This document shows, in pieces, positions 20,988-29,571 of a stretch of DNA of 64,000 bases (positions are counted from its first letter, which is position 1; the number at the start of each line of letters is the position of its first letter). Below the pieces are notes generated by a model. It saw nothing but the letters and a program-made list of their open reading frames with translations, was not told where the DNA came from and did not search any database. Source of the DNA: Parcubacteria group bacterium Licking1014_17 (GTDB taxonomy: Bacteria; Patescibacteriota; Minisyncoccia; 2-02-FULL-40-12; IGHO2-01-FULL-4-A). Position numbers and translations under genes: made by a program. The stretch lies in the NCBI GenBank assembly GCA_007376485.1, contig VMGJ01000002.1, forward strand, positions 15,134-79,133, in the 5' to 3' direction.

Positions 20988-21242
20988 TTGGAATTGTTAG
21001 TTCTACAAGATAGCGATGACAGCACGCTTTCCGGCACGGACCCAGAGTCAATACTTCTCAATGCGGAAACTAAAAGAATAATAGCCGTTGAGATCATCAA
21101 AGGAAAAAAGAAATGCAGGATTATTTACCAGGGATCGAGTTTTTCAGAAGAAGATTTTGAAGAAAAGATGGAGAAATTTGACAAACCACCGGGAAGTTTT
21201 TCACGAGCCATTTCTCTGGACACAGAACTGATAAAACCATAA
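20988..21242 (+). CDS. Hypothetical 84-aa protein.
   Basis: An AAAGGAGGTG ribosome-binding site sits 6 nt before the TTG at 20988. A rho-independent terminator follows. Confidence 0.35.
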   Translation: MELLVLQDSDDSTLSGTDPESILLNAETKRIIAVEIIKGKKKCRIIYQGSSFSEEDFEEKMEKFDKPPGSFSRAISLDTELIKP

Positions 21243-21278
21243 CCTGCCCAGGTTCGCATCCGCCATTTTTATTCTTTA

Positions 21279-21308
21279 AAAAGCCGCTTAATCGCGGCTT
21301 TTTTATTT
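21279..21308 (+). terminator. Rho-independent terminator.
   Basis: A GC stem (AAGCCGC-ttaat-GCGGCTT) is followed by TTTTTATTT. Confidence 0.6.
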
Positions 21309-21369
21309 CAAATAAAAAGAAAGCCCACCCCATGTGAAACGCGCGTGGGGCAGGCGTAATGTTTGGAAG

Positions 21370-21672
21370 TTATGAATGGAGATTTTGGCTGGGACTCTTC
21401 CGCCTGATGCTCCGCCACGCCAGAAATATTCCGAACAAAACTGACACGGCGATAGACGGCAGGGTGGCACGAGAAAGAACCCACATAGACACCACCTTAA
21501 TAACTTCCCTGGTGGGAACTATCTCTTCATTTGTTAGTTGGGGCTTGTTAAACACCAACCCACCAAGAGAAAAAAGAATCAAAAGAAAAAGAAACACGGT
21601 TATCATGTCTCTCCAAATCTCTTCTCTCCTTATAACCCTTACTACCAGATTTACCCTCCCTAATGTTTTCAC
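21370..21672 (-). CDS. Hypothetical small membrane protein.
   Basis: ORF with two hydrophobic helices and weak coding signal. Confidence 0.25.
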   Translation of the reverse strand: MKTLGRVNLVVRVIRREEIWRDMITVFLFLLILFSLGGLVFNKPQLTNEEIVPTREVIKVVSMWVLSRATLPSIAVSVLFGIFLAWRSIRRKSPSQNLHS

Positions 21673-21829
21673 GCGAATCTCCTTTCTCTGTGCTAGGGTT
21701 AAAAACTATTTATCTTCGTTAAAACCATCAGTAAAAGAGCTGCAAGAAGACATTACATCATAATTCAGATAAAAAAGCAAATTTCCTAAGCTATCCCAAA
21801 GAAAAGCCGACGTTGCCGGTTTGGTATTA

Positions 21830-22291
21830 TTACCCCAGCGGCTTTTTAATAACATTGGGTTCTTCCGCTGATTCGTTAAAAATTTTAGCACTTTTTTTGA
21901 TCAGATTTTTGTCGCTCACTTGTTTTATGGTAATACCGGCCTCTTTTAATCTTTGCTTCGTTATTTGGCTATGCATAGGATCTCTTGCCCCATAAACAAC
22001 ATGTTTTATCCCGCTTCTAATTATTCGACTTACGCAATCCGCCATTCCCTCTGTGGCACGTTTACTGCATGGTTCCACGGTACAGTATAATATGGAGGAC
22101 CCATCTATCAGATTTTTATTTTCCACTTCGCTTATTACCCTGTCTTCCGCGTGAATCTTCCCGTCATCGCCGCTTGGAAAAGATACCACAATTTTGCTGT
22201 CGGTTATTAGGCAAGCGGAAACAATCCCTCTCGGATCTTTTGACTTTTTTGCCGTTGCGAAAAGATGTTGAAATATTTTTTTGTCGTTCAC
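21830..22291 (-). CDS. CMP/dCMP-type zinc deaminase.
   Basis: Shows HAEDRVI...CTVEPCSKRATEGMADCV (the H-A-E and P-C-x-x-C zinc ligands) and IIRSGIKHVVYGARD. Confidence 0.75.
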   Translation of the reverse strand: MNDKKIFQHLFATAKKSKDPRGIVSACLITDSKIVVSFPSGDDGKIHAEDRVISEVENKNLIDGSSILYCTVEPCSKRATEGMADCVSRIIRSGIKHVVYGARDPMHSQITKQRLKEAGITIKQVSDKNLIKKSAKIFNESAEEPNVIKKPLG

Positions 22292-22418
22292 ATTAAAAAA
22301 TCAATGCCTAATTTACAAAACTGACCTATTTGCATTTTAACACGGAAATAAACAGAAAGCCCGCCTTCCGGCGGGTTTCCGTTTCCGTATCCTTAACTCC
22401 TTAATTTAAAGTTTATTT

Positions 22419-22727
22419 CTATTTTTTAACAATCCAAACTGGTGAAGCTATATCCCATCCGACCAAGTCATTGCCAAACTGCCTTTTCAAAGAATCCGAC
22501 ACGGGATCCATATACTCGGCAAGTTGGTTTTCCTTTGATTCCCGATCTGATATGTCATAGGTGAATCCTATGCCAAACTGATTCTTTGACACTCTTCTGA
22601 TATACAGCTGAAGATATTTTGGGTCTTCAGCCGCCCACTTTTTCGCGACTTCTTCAAGCTGTTCTATGGAAATTTTGTCGTTGAATTTCCATAATCCCAT
22701 AATGTAATTAGTGGAATCTTTTTCCAT
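22419..22727 (-). CDS. Hypothetical 102-aa protein.
   Basis: Clean ORF with a downstream hairpin terminator at about 22345-22380 on the minus strand. Confidence 0.4.
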   Translation of the reverse strand: MEKDSTNYIMGLWKFNDKISIEQLEEVAKKWAAEDPKYLQLYIRRVSKNQFGIGFTYDISDRESKENQLAEYMDPVSDSLKRQFGNDLVGWDIASPVWIVKK

Positions 22728-22892
22728 GGAAGTGAAAGAAAAGGAATGGAAAGGAACGGAATGTTTTGATTATATCATATTTTATGGTTTACACAACTAT
22801 TAATCCCCCGCCGTCAACGGCTATCTTTAGGCAATAAAAGAATCCCCGGTTGGCTGACCGGGGGAAATGGGATAGTGACTATTAGGTTACAT

Positions 22893-23354
22893 TTACTCTT
22901 CGGGCGGCTTTTCCGCCGGAAGAGTATTGCTCAAGATTGCCGGAGGCATTTGCATCAGGGCGTAGAAGATGTCCCCCGCGATCTTGACGGTAGCCCTGAT
23001 TTCCTCCTCAAGGTTGGTATCCCCTCGAAGTGGACGTACAACCTCCCGGGCAATATCTAATGCTTTTTGATAGTTTTTTCTAGCTACTTCAGCCTGCTGC
23101 GGACTCGCCGGGACGAGAATACTTTTGTCGTTCTGTTTTAGAAGATCAGCTACCCGTTTTTGAAGATCGGCTACCTGACGCTGGAGCTGCTGATTTTTCT
23201 CCCACAGGGTCCTGTTGGCTTGTCTGACCTTGGCCAACTGTTCTTCACACCCGGCGGTAGTAGACTGGCTCGATGGAGCTCCCTGCCCCAGCACCGGCAA
23301 TCCGCTCGCTACAAATACCAAAAACATAACAGAGAAAAACAAGAACTTTTTCAT
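22893..23354 (-). CDS. Secreted coiled-coil protein.
   Basis: Has a signal peptide and a heptad-like Q/L-rich segment (QLQRQVADLQKRVADLLKQ). The local GC content is higher than in the flanks. Confidence 0.45.
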   Translation of the reverse strand: MKKFLFFSVMFLVFVASGLPVLGQGAPSSQSTTAGCEEQLAKVRQANRTLWEKNQQLQRQVADLQKRVADLLKQNDKSILVPASPQQAEVARKNYQKALDIAREVVRPLRGDTNLEEEIRATVKIAGDIFYALMQMPPAILSNTLPAEKPPEE

Positions 23355-23477
23355 TTTCCACTCCTTTTGTTCGTGGATAAACTACTACACGATTCTGACC
23401 GCCTCACGGGCGATGTTATTCATGAATTCCGGGTCGGAGTGCGGCAGTGCTTTCTGCAGATATTGAAGGTGTTCCCT

Positions 23478-23849
23478 CTAGTCCGGCGGGAACACGAAGA
23501 CATCAAGGTCATTAACCCCCGTGATAATTTGCGCCTCTATACACAAATCGTTAAAATTCTCACCGAGAATATCCCAAGCCGTCTCAATGCGAATGTATTT
23601 ATTGAAATACATCCCACCAAGGACTAGGGATCTCCGATTCCAAACATCTCCTTCGCGATTAGAGCATTCCGTCCTTTCTTTTACAAGAGTGACAAACTCA
23701 CTCGCCCTTTCATCATCAGTGATGATAATCAGATCAACATCCTTACCCCAATCGTCTCGAACAAGGCTGCCAAAAAGCCATATTTCACACACATGCATGT
23801 GTGTGATGAGAATTTTTGCCAACGAGATCGCTGCCGTGCGACTTACCAT
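23478..23849 (-). CDS. Nucleotidyltransferase-domain (Pol-beta superfamily, MNT-like) protein, solitary.
   Basis: LFGSLVRDDWGKDVDLIII matches the GS...D.D minimal nucleotidyltransferase motif. No adjacent HEPN partner is present. Confidence 0.55.
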   Translation of the reverse strand: MVSRTAAISLAKILITHMHVCEIWLFGSLVRDDWGKDVDLIIITDDERASEFVTLVKERTECSNREGDVWNRRSLVLGGMYFNKYIRIETAWDILGENFNDLCIEAQIITGVNDLDVFVFPPD

Positions 23850-23948
23850 TTCCGACTCCTTTCGTTTATGTCGTTTATGGATAATTTAAACCCAATTTTC
23901 AAAAAACAACCTAACTGTTTTATATTAACACAAGATTAAAAAACAATC

Positions 23949-23993
23949 AAGAGCTTGTCATGGTTCAATACCTTGGAACCATGACAAGCTCTT
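23949..23993. promoter_or_regulatory. Perfect 18-bp inverted repeat with a 9-nt loop, 50 nt upstream of typA.
   Basis: AAGAGCTTGTCATGGTTC-aataccttg-GAACCATGACAAGCTCTT. Confidence 0.5.
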
Positions 23994-24041
23994 TCCTTAT
24001 TATAAAAATTATGGTATCATATATCGCTTGCTTATAATCCG

Positions 24042-25886
24042 ATGAAAGAGAAATTATCAAATTTAAGAAATATAGCCATCATCGCCCATGTTGACCACGG
24101 CAAAACAACGCTGGTTGATTTTTTATTGAAACAATCGAACACTTTTCATGCCAAAGCGGAAGAATTAGGCAAGGATTTAATTATGGATTCCAATGATTTG
24201 GAGAAAGAAAGGGGTATAACGATCCTGGCAAAGAATACCTCGGTCAATTATAACGGCACTAAAATTAATATCATTGATACGCCGGGCCACGCCGATTTCG
24301 GAGGAGAGGTAGAACGGACTCTAAATATGGCTGACGGGGCTCTATTGTTGGTGGATGCCCAGGAAGGCCCGATGCCTCAAACAAAGTTTGTTCTTAAAAA
24401 AGCGATTGATTTGAATCTGAAGATTATTGTCGTTATAAATAAAATCGATAAACCGGGCGCCGACCCCAAGCGGACCATCGGTGAAGTGTCCAACCTTTTT
24501 CTGAATCTTTCTACGCATGAAAGCCATCTGGATTTTCCAATTATTTATGCCATCGGCCGCGAGGGAAAGGCATGGGATCATGAGCCGACGGCTGAAGAAA
24601 AATCAGCCGAAGGAAATCTTGAACCGCTTTTCAAGAAAATAATAGAATGCATCCCGGCGCCGGAAGTTGACGCAGACGCGCCCCTGCAAATGCTCGTTTC
24701 AAACTTGGATAGGGATAATTATCAGGGTAAATACACCATCGGCCGGATTGCCCGCGGAAAAATCAAAATCGGCCAGGCGGTGACGCTCATCGACCTGACT
24801 GGCAATAAAGAAAACGGGAGAGTAGATAAAATTTTCACGTTTCAGGGATTGGTCAGGACGGAAGTTTTCGAAGCCTCTGCCGGAGATATAGTCGCGGTCA
24901 CCGGAATCCCAAATTCCCACATAGGCATGACGGTCGCCGATTTCGATTCGCCTGAAGCGCTGCCAACCATAACAATAGAGGAACCGACATTAAGAATAAG
25001 AATCGGACCGAACACGTCCCCTTTCAAGGGCAAGGAAGGCACGATTTTTACGTCGCGGCAAATTGCTGAGCGGCTTCATCGGGAAGTAGAGACGAACGTG
25101 GGCATGAGATTGCAGGAGCTTGGCGGAACTGATTTTTTGGTTTCGGGCCGCGGAGAACTGCACCTGTCAATTTTAATTGAAACCTTAAGGCGCGAGGGAT
25201 TTGAAATGGAAATTTCAAAGCCGGAAGTCATTATAAAAGAAATCGACGGCGAGAAAATGGAACCATTCGAAGAAGTGACAATTGACGTGCCGGAAGAATA
25301 TGTGGGGGTCATTACGGCGGAATTCGGAAAAAGAAAAGCAAACTTAATTGATTTGGCCAATCACAATAATGGATATTCGAGGCTTGTTTATCACATTAGC
25401 ACCCAGGCATTTCTGGGCTTGCGGAATATTCTGGTCGTGGATACAAAAGGAACGGCAATTATCAACAGCGTATTGCTTGGCTACAAGGATCTTGCCGGCA
25501 GCGTGCCCAGAATAAGAAACGGCGCCCTCATAGTTTCTGAAACGGGAAAGGCGGTGGCTTTCGGTCTTCAAGTAGCGCAGGGCAGGGGCATTGTTTTTAT
25601 TCCGCCAACTATTCCTGTCTACGAAGGAATGATAATAGGTTTAAATAGCCGGAAAGAAGATATAGAAATTAACGTATGCAAAGGCAAAGAACTTACGAAT
25701 ATGAGGTCAAAATCTTCCGACGAAGCGATTGTCCTTGCCCCGCCTCTTGTATTTACTTTAGAGCAGGCAATAGATTTTATTGAAGACGACGAGCTTCTTG
25801 AAGTAACCCCGCAATCTTTGCGTTTAAGAAAAAAACATCTCACAAAAAACGACAGAGTCCGCGTTAAAAGAGAAAACAGAGAATAA
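24042..25886 (+). CDS. typA: Translational GTPase TypA/BipA.
   Basis: Has the G1-G4 motifs ([18 protein letters not shown]), the EF-G-like domain layout, and a BipA-specific C-terminus. The protein is 614 aa long. Confidence 0.9.
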   Translation: MKEKLSNLRNIAIIAHVDHGKTTLVDFLLKQSNTFHAKAEELGKDLIMDSNDLEKERGITILAKNTSVNYNGTKINIIDTPGHADFGGEVERTLNMADGALLLVDAQEGPMPQTKFVLKKAIDLNLKIIVVINKIDKPGADPKRTIGEVSNLFLNLSTHESHLDFPIIYAIGREGKAWDHEPTAEEKSAEGNLEPLFKKIIECIPAPEVDADAPLQMLVSNLDRDNYQGKYTIGRIARGKIKIGQAVTLIDLTGNKENGRVDKIFTFQGLVRTEVFEASAGDIVAVTGIPNSHIGMTVADFDSPEALPTITIEEPTLRIRIGPNTSPFKGKEGTIFTSRQIAERLHREVETNVGMRLQELGGTDFLVSGRGELHLSILIETLRREGFEMEISKPEVIIKEIDGEKMEPFEEVTIDVPEEYVGVITAEFGKRKANLIDLANHNNGYSRLVYHISTQAFLGLRNILVVDTKGTAIINSVLLGYKDLAGSVPRIRNGALIVSETGKAVAFGLQVAQGRGIVFIPPTIPVYEGMIIGLNSRKEDIEINVCKGKELTNMRSKSSDEAIVLAPPLVFTLEQAIDFIEDDELLEVTPQSLRLRKKHLTKNDRVRVKRENRE

Positions 25887-25917
25887 CAGGCGCCCCTCCT
25901 TTGTCGGGATAAACTCC

Positions 25918-25952
25918 GCGCCGAGGCGATAAACTCGCAACATACAATTTGG
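25918..25952. repeat. Left copy of a 35-bp imperfect direct repeat flanking the toxin-antitoxin module.
   Basis: CGCCGAGGCGATAAACTCGCAACATACAATTTGGC here, against CGCCGAGGCAACAAACTCACAACATACAACTTGGC at 26793..26827. Confidence 0.6.
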
Positions 25953-26079
25953 CATGTGCACTGAGCTTGTCGAAGTGCTCCACACTGTGGACGACGTTAG
26001 AACCAGAACACAGAAATCCACGGGGTATATTCACATACCAAACATAGCTTTTTGATTTTGTCCTACCCTTTCACAACCA

Positions 26080-26406
26080 CTATTTTTCCGATAGAGCCTT
26101 CCCGAGTTCAGGAATATCTTTTTGTATAGTCTTCCAAACTTCTTCAAGGTCAACTTCAAAATATCCATGAATAAGCATATTTCTCATCCCTATTATTTTA
26201 TCCCAAGGTACATGCTTATTGCTCTCGTGAAATCCAGAAGAAAGACGATTTGATGCCTCACCTACAATTTCAATTTCGCGTATTACAGCGTCCTGAAGTA
26301 ATTTGTTCTTCAGAAATTCATCACGATTCACATCACCTATGTGTTCAACTATTGTTTTTATCGCATCTTTGATGTGTTGTACAAAAACAGAATCACTTTT
26401 TTCCAT
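26080..26406 (-). CDS. hepT: HepT-like HEPN (DUF86) toxin.
   Basis: Carries the RNMLIHGY motif (R-x4-HxY) and overlaps the mntA gene by 14 nt. Confidence 0.8.
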   Translation of the reverse strand: MEKSDSVFVQHIKDAIKTIVEHIGDVNRDEFLKNKLLQDAVIREIEIVGEASNRLSSGFHESNKHVPWDKIIGMRNMLIHGYFEVDLEEVWKTIQKDIPELGKALSEK

Positions 26407-26680
26407 AGAATATCTTTAAATCATGCATTACATTATCCTTAATATACGGGCTTAAAAATCCTTCTGTTAATAGGTCCACCTCAATCCCCAGTTTCTCTGA
26501 TAATTCATTCTTAAACCCTGCAAAATCAAATAAACCCAAAGGTTCTTTGAGTTTAACAAGTATATCAATGTCACTATCTTCATTTGCTTCTCCTCTGGAG
26601 TGTGAACCGAAAAGTCCGGCATAAACAACGCCATATTTGTCCAGAATAGGCTCTATTTTTTGAACATTAACTCTATCCAT
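26393..26680 (-). CDS. mntA: MntA-like minimal nucleotidyltransferase antitoxin.
   Basis: Has GLFGSHSRGEANEDSDIDILV (the GS-x9-DxD motif) and is 95 aa long. Confidence 0.85.
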   Translation of the reverse strand: MDRVNVQKIEPILDKYGVVYAGLFGSHSRGEANEDSDIDILVKLKEPLGLFDFAGFKNELSEKLGIEVDLLTEGFLSPYIKDNVMHDLKIFYGKK

Positions 26681-26699
26681 ATTGTTAATGTATCACATA

Positions 26700-27295
26700 A
26701 GAAAGCATGAATCCAGCCCATGGGCTACTCACTCCCCGCCACGGTGGGGTCGGCAGGCAAATTCTATACAATCTGCCTGCCGAGGCGCGAAGCGCCGAGG
26801 CAACAAACTCACAACATACAACTTGGCTCCCTCTGTTTGAAAAAATACGAACTTTTTTCCGCGAAAATCTTGATGCTGAATTCTAACGCTCGGGCGAGGC
26901 GGAATTCCCCCCACACCCCCCTTCCGCCTCGCTCATGATCATGATTGAGTTCTGTTGGAGGTGGAAGCGCGCCGGCCAATAACAAAAAGGATATGGCGGG
27001 TCTTTGGCGTGGCGGCACCCGCTCGGCGATTCTCGGAGAGTTATGTGGTCATTTTACCGCGTAGTGGCGCTACACGTCCACTCTCCTTCGTCGCCTCGCG
27101 TGTCAGGCGTCTTTGCACATTTTATCTGTGCTTGCCCCGCCCCCCTGTGCGCGCACAAGAGAGCCGCCTGCTGGCGGCTCTAAGCTCCCCTAATTTGTTA
27201 TTATCCACAGCTAGTTGACCTCAAACCAAAAATTTGCTAGTCTTATTAGGTAACAAAATTGATAAAACCTCGCCGTATTTAATACAAGGTTTTGT
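26700..27295 (+). ncRNA. GC-rich (roughly 58% GC) structured non-coding block, possibly an unclassified ncRNA. Its strand is uncertain.
   Basis: There is no credible ORF on either strand. Many perfect hairpins are present (GGCAGGC...GCCTGCC; GCGAGGCGGAA...TTCCGCCTCGC; GAGCCGCC-tgct-GGCGGCTC). It ends at a strong terminator hairpin at 27297..27343. Confidence 0.3.
26793..26827. repeat. Right copy of the 35-bp direct repeat flanking the toxin-antitoxin module.
   Basis: See the 25918..25952 entry. Confidence 0.6.
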
Positions 27296-27296
27296 A

Positions 27297-27343
27297 CCAA
27301 AAGAGCGTGTCCTAGGTCTAGGGCCCGCTCTTTTGGTTTTTAC
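27297..27343 (+). terminator. Rho-independent terminator.
   Basis: ACCAAAAGAGCG...CGCTCTTTTGGT 12-bp stem followed by TTTTT. Confidence 0.6.
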
Positions 27344-28014
27344 CAGATTTTGTAGAGATATTTCTTATCAATTACCTTTCGTAAATCCTTGTTTTTGCCG
27401 GTAAAATAATCTTTGATCGCTCCGCTTGCAAGATCAGATAATTGCATGGCATTCACATATTCTGAATTTACATGGGTGATGTGCTTGATTCGTTCGATCG
27501 TTTTGGTGTTTACTCGCCCAAACAAGTATTCATCAAAACTTTTGAAATAATCGCCGTTGTACATTCTCCTGTCGGCTCGATCAATCACCACTTCCACTCC
27601 GGTAAGATTTTGCTTATTTGTGGCAAATAGTACGAGTTTTGATAAATTGTAATCGTCAAAAATGTTATGCAGTTTTGCGTGTCCGGCGGTTGCAAATTTG
27701 CCTTTGTAGGTTCGCTTGTCTACGAGGCGGTAATAAATCGGAATTTGCAACTTATTTACGATACCGAGCATGTCTTTGTACATGGTCAAAGGAATAATCG
27801 TGGACTTGATCTCGCTTCTAAATCCGTATTTTTGCCTGATCTCCATAATCTCATTTTCTACCGCGAACAATTTCACAGAATCCAAACAAATCGCGGTAAG
27901 GATATAAAACAGACTTGCTCCAGTCGGGATTTTATTTCCGTCCGGATCTGTTTCAAATGGCTTTCCTGGATCGCCTGACTCATCTATAAAAATGTAATGC
28001 TGTATATTGGCCAT
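27340..28014 (-). CDS. DUF3800 family protein.
   Basis: The N-terminal YIFIDESGDPG motif is typical of DUF3800. The protein is 224 aa long and is the last gene of a four-gene operon. Confidence 0.7.
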   Translation of the reverse strand: MANIQHYIFIDESGDPGKPFETDPDGNKIPTGASLFYILTAICLDSVKLFAVENEIMEIRQKYGFRSEIKSTIIPLTMYKDMLGIVNKLQIPIYYRLVDKRTYKGKFATAGHAKLHNIFDDYNLSKLVLFATNKQNLTGVEVVIDRADRRMYNGDYFKSFDEYLFGRVNTKTIERIKHITHVNSEYVNAMQLSDLASGAIKDYFTGKNKDLRKVIDKKYLYKIW

Positions 28015-28019
28015 AAATC

Positions 28020-28229
28020 CTAGTGTTTTGTTGCGTCTACTAATTTATAGGATGATTTTGCCTTCGGTGTAGGCGGCAACGTTTTACCTTTAACCCCTGT
28101 AATTTCCTCACCTGTTTTACCCCCTCTCGGCCCAATAATTTCATACTGGCCAGATCGAGGCACTGCTTGTCCCGGTTTTAGTTTAGGCTTCATCATTCTC
28201 TTGATTATTTTTACAATATTTTTCTGCAA
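28020..28229 (-). CDS. Small basic hypothetical protein of 69 aa.
   Basis: Sits with small gaps on both sides inside the operon. Sequence reads GQYEIIGPRGGKTGEEITGVKGKTLPPTP. Confidence 0.4.
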   Translation of the reverse strand: MQKNIVKIIKRMMKPKLKPGQAVPRSGQYEIIGPRGGKTGEEITGVKGKTLPPTPKAKSSYKLVDATKH

Positions 28230-28256
28230 AATCTGACAGTTGTTTAGTCAAAGATT

Positions 28257-28802
28257 TCATATCATCAGCGATCTCGCCACCAAACGCCATTCTTCCATGG
28301 ATTCAATCTCTTTATTACCTACTTCCGATTTATTTCTTATATATAAAGCCCCGTGGCGTAGGCCAATATTTTGAGAGAATGCTTGCACCTGAGGATTGAT
28401 TAGAGCGTGGCTACTCGTATATATAACCGGGAATTCTTTACTTTCAGAAATTTGGATAAAAACAAAGTTCTTTTCGACTTTATCCTCTTTATCAATATGC
28501 TTGTGCTTCTCAATTTTACACTGAATTTTTTGGTTGCTTTTATTATTTAAAAAGCTACTGATTTGATCATGGGTAAAAGTGCCAAAATTAGCATCTGAGA
28601 GTCCCGCACGCTTACCGTCTTTATCTACTCCAATAATAACAATGCCACCACCGCTCTCATTGGCCATGGCAAATATTGTTTTTATGATTTCTAACTTCTT
28701 CGCTATATCAGTCCAGGGGATGTCTCCCTTATATTCCAGATAAACTTCCTCTTGGTCATGGTAGAGTGCTTCGAGTAACTCATTTGGTATTTCGTCTATC
28801 AT
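28257..28802 (-). CDS. AlbA_2 (Schlafen-like divergent AAA) domain protein, stand-alone N-terminal domain.
   Basis: EYKGDIPWTDIAKKLEIIKTIFAMANESGGGIVIIGVDKDGKRAG matches the AlbA_2 core. It overlaps the upstream phosphatase gene by 4 nt. Confidence 0.6.
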   Translation of the reverse strand: MIDEIPNELLEALYHDQEEVYLEYKGDIPWTDIAKKLEIIKTIFAMANESGGGIVIIGVDKDGKRAGLSDANFGTFTHDQISSFLNNKSNQKIQCKIEKHKHIDKEDKVEKNFVFIQISESKEFPVIYTSSHALINPQVQAFSQNIGLRHGALYIRNKSEVGNKEIESMEEWRLVARSLMI

Positions 28803-29383
28803 GGTCGTATTGCTTCTAATTTATATTCCCAGCCAGGCTGCCAAGAGTGAGTCTTACGCCAATCTTCGGCAAAAGCCTGTTGCCATGTTTTATTCTTAAG
28901 CAAAACATCGAGAGCAAGTTGGGGTGCTTTATGAGCTACAATGGCAACCGATTTACCATTATAGTTCTGTTTCAAGAATTCTAAAAAATCGGAAAGTCTA
29001 GTTTTAACGTCTTCGTAGCTTTCGCCATTAGGAAACCTCTTCATGATCATGTCCTCTTGCATCGGCTCTACAATAGATGACGGCTTGGCATTATAATCGC
29101 CGTAGTTACATTCTCTAAGCCTTGCATCTGGAATAATTGGCATAATGCCTCCCCATGTTAGCTTGGCTGAATTATAAGCTCTTTTTAGATCAGAACAGAA
29201 AACAACATCAAATTTCTTGTCTTTAGTTTGACTTTTGAGGTCTTTTGATTGTTGAATTCCTAGTTCAGATAGCTCGACATCATACCAACCGGATGAAACG
29301 TTTTTCTGATTATCGGTGGTTGTACCATGAACAAAGTAAGTAATCTTTACAGACATATTTATTGGGATTCTATCAAAAATCAA
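28799..29383 (-). CDS. Histidine phosphatase (phosphoglycerate mutase-like) family protein.
   Basis: Has the Y(F)VHGTTTDN catalytic His motif, CSDLKRA, and IVAHKAPQ. Confidence 0.7.
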   Translation of the reverse strand: MIFDRIPINMSVKITYFVHGTTTDNQKNVSSGWYDVELSELGIQQSKDLKSQTKDKKFDVVFCSDLKRAYNSAKLTWGGIMPIIPDARLRECNYGDYNAKPSSIVEPMQEDMIMKRFPNGESYEDVKTRLSDFLEFLKQNYNGKSVAIVAHKAPQLALDVLLKNKTWQQAFAEDWRKTHSWQPGWEYKLEAIRP

Positions 29384-29409
29384 GGGAAATTTAAAGTTTT
29401 CTGGAAATA

Positions 29410-29476
29410 GGACTCGAACCAGAAAAGGTGAATAAAATAAAGGAAAGCGATTTTTGACAGGAATTGGACTGGAACC
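29410..29476 (-). repeat. Two degenerate copies of a tRNA 3' end (T-arm/acceptor), candidate att-site remnants.
   Basis: GGACTCGAACCAGAA at 29410 and GGACTGGAACCAAGA at 29466, against the genuine T-arm/acceptor at 29583..29593 of the adjacent tRNA. Confidence 0.45.
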
Positions 29477-29505
29477 AAGAGCTGATTGCGCCAGAACACG
29501 AAACT

Positions 29506-29536
29506 AAAAAGTGCCAATAATATCGGCACTTTTTAG
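29506..29536 (-). terminator. Rho-independent terminator immediately 3' of the tRNA-Asn gene, with bidirectional shape.
   Basis: AAAAAGTGCCAATA-at-ATCGGCACTTTTT. Confidence 0.55.
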
Positions 29537-29571
29537 GACGCATATCGGTCGCTTGGAACCTGACCTAAATG

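Noticed and set aside
23160-23889. Plus-strand ORFs 23160..23627 and 23521..23889.
   Set aside because: They are antisense to two good minus-strand genes (the secreted coiled-coil protein and the nucleotidyltransferase) and have no motifs.
26720-27218. Small ORFs on both strands in the GC-rich block (26720..26938, 26729..26914, 26809..27018, 26955..27218).
   Set aside because: They overlap one another, are Arg/Pro-rich, and lack ribosome-binding sites. This is typical of GC-rich non-coding sequence.
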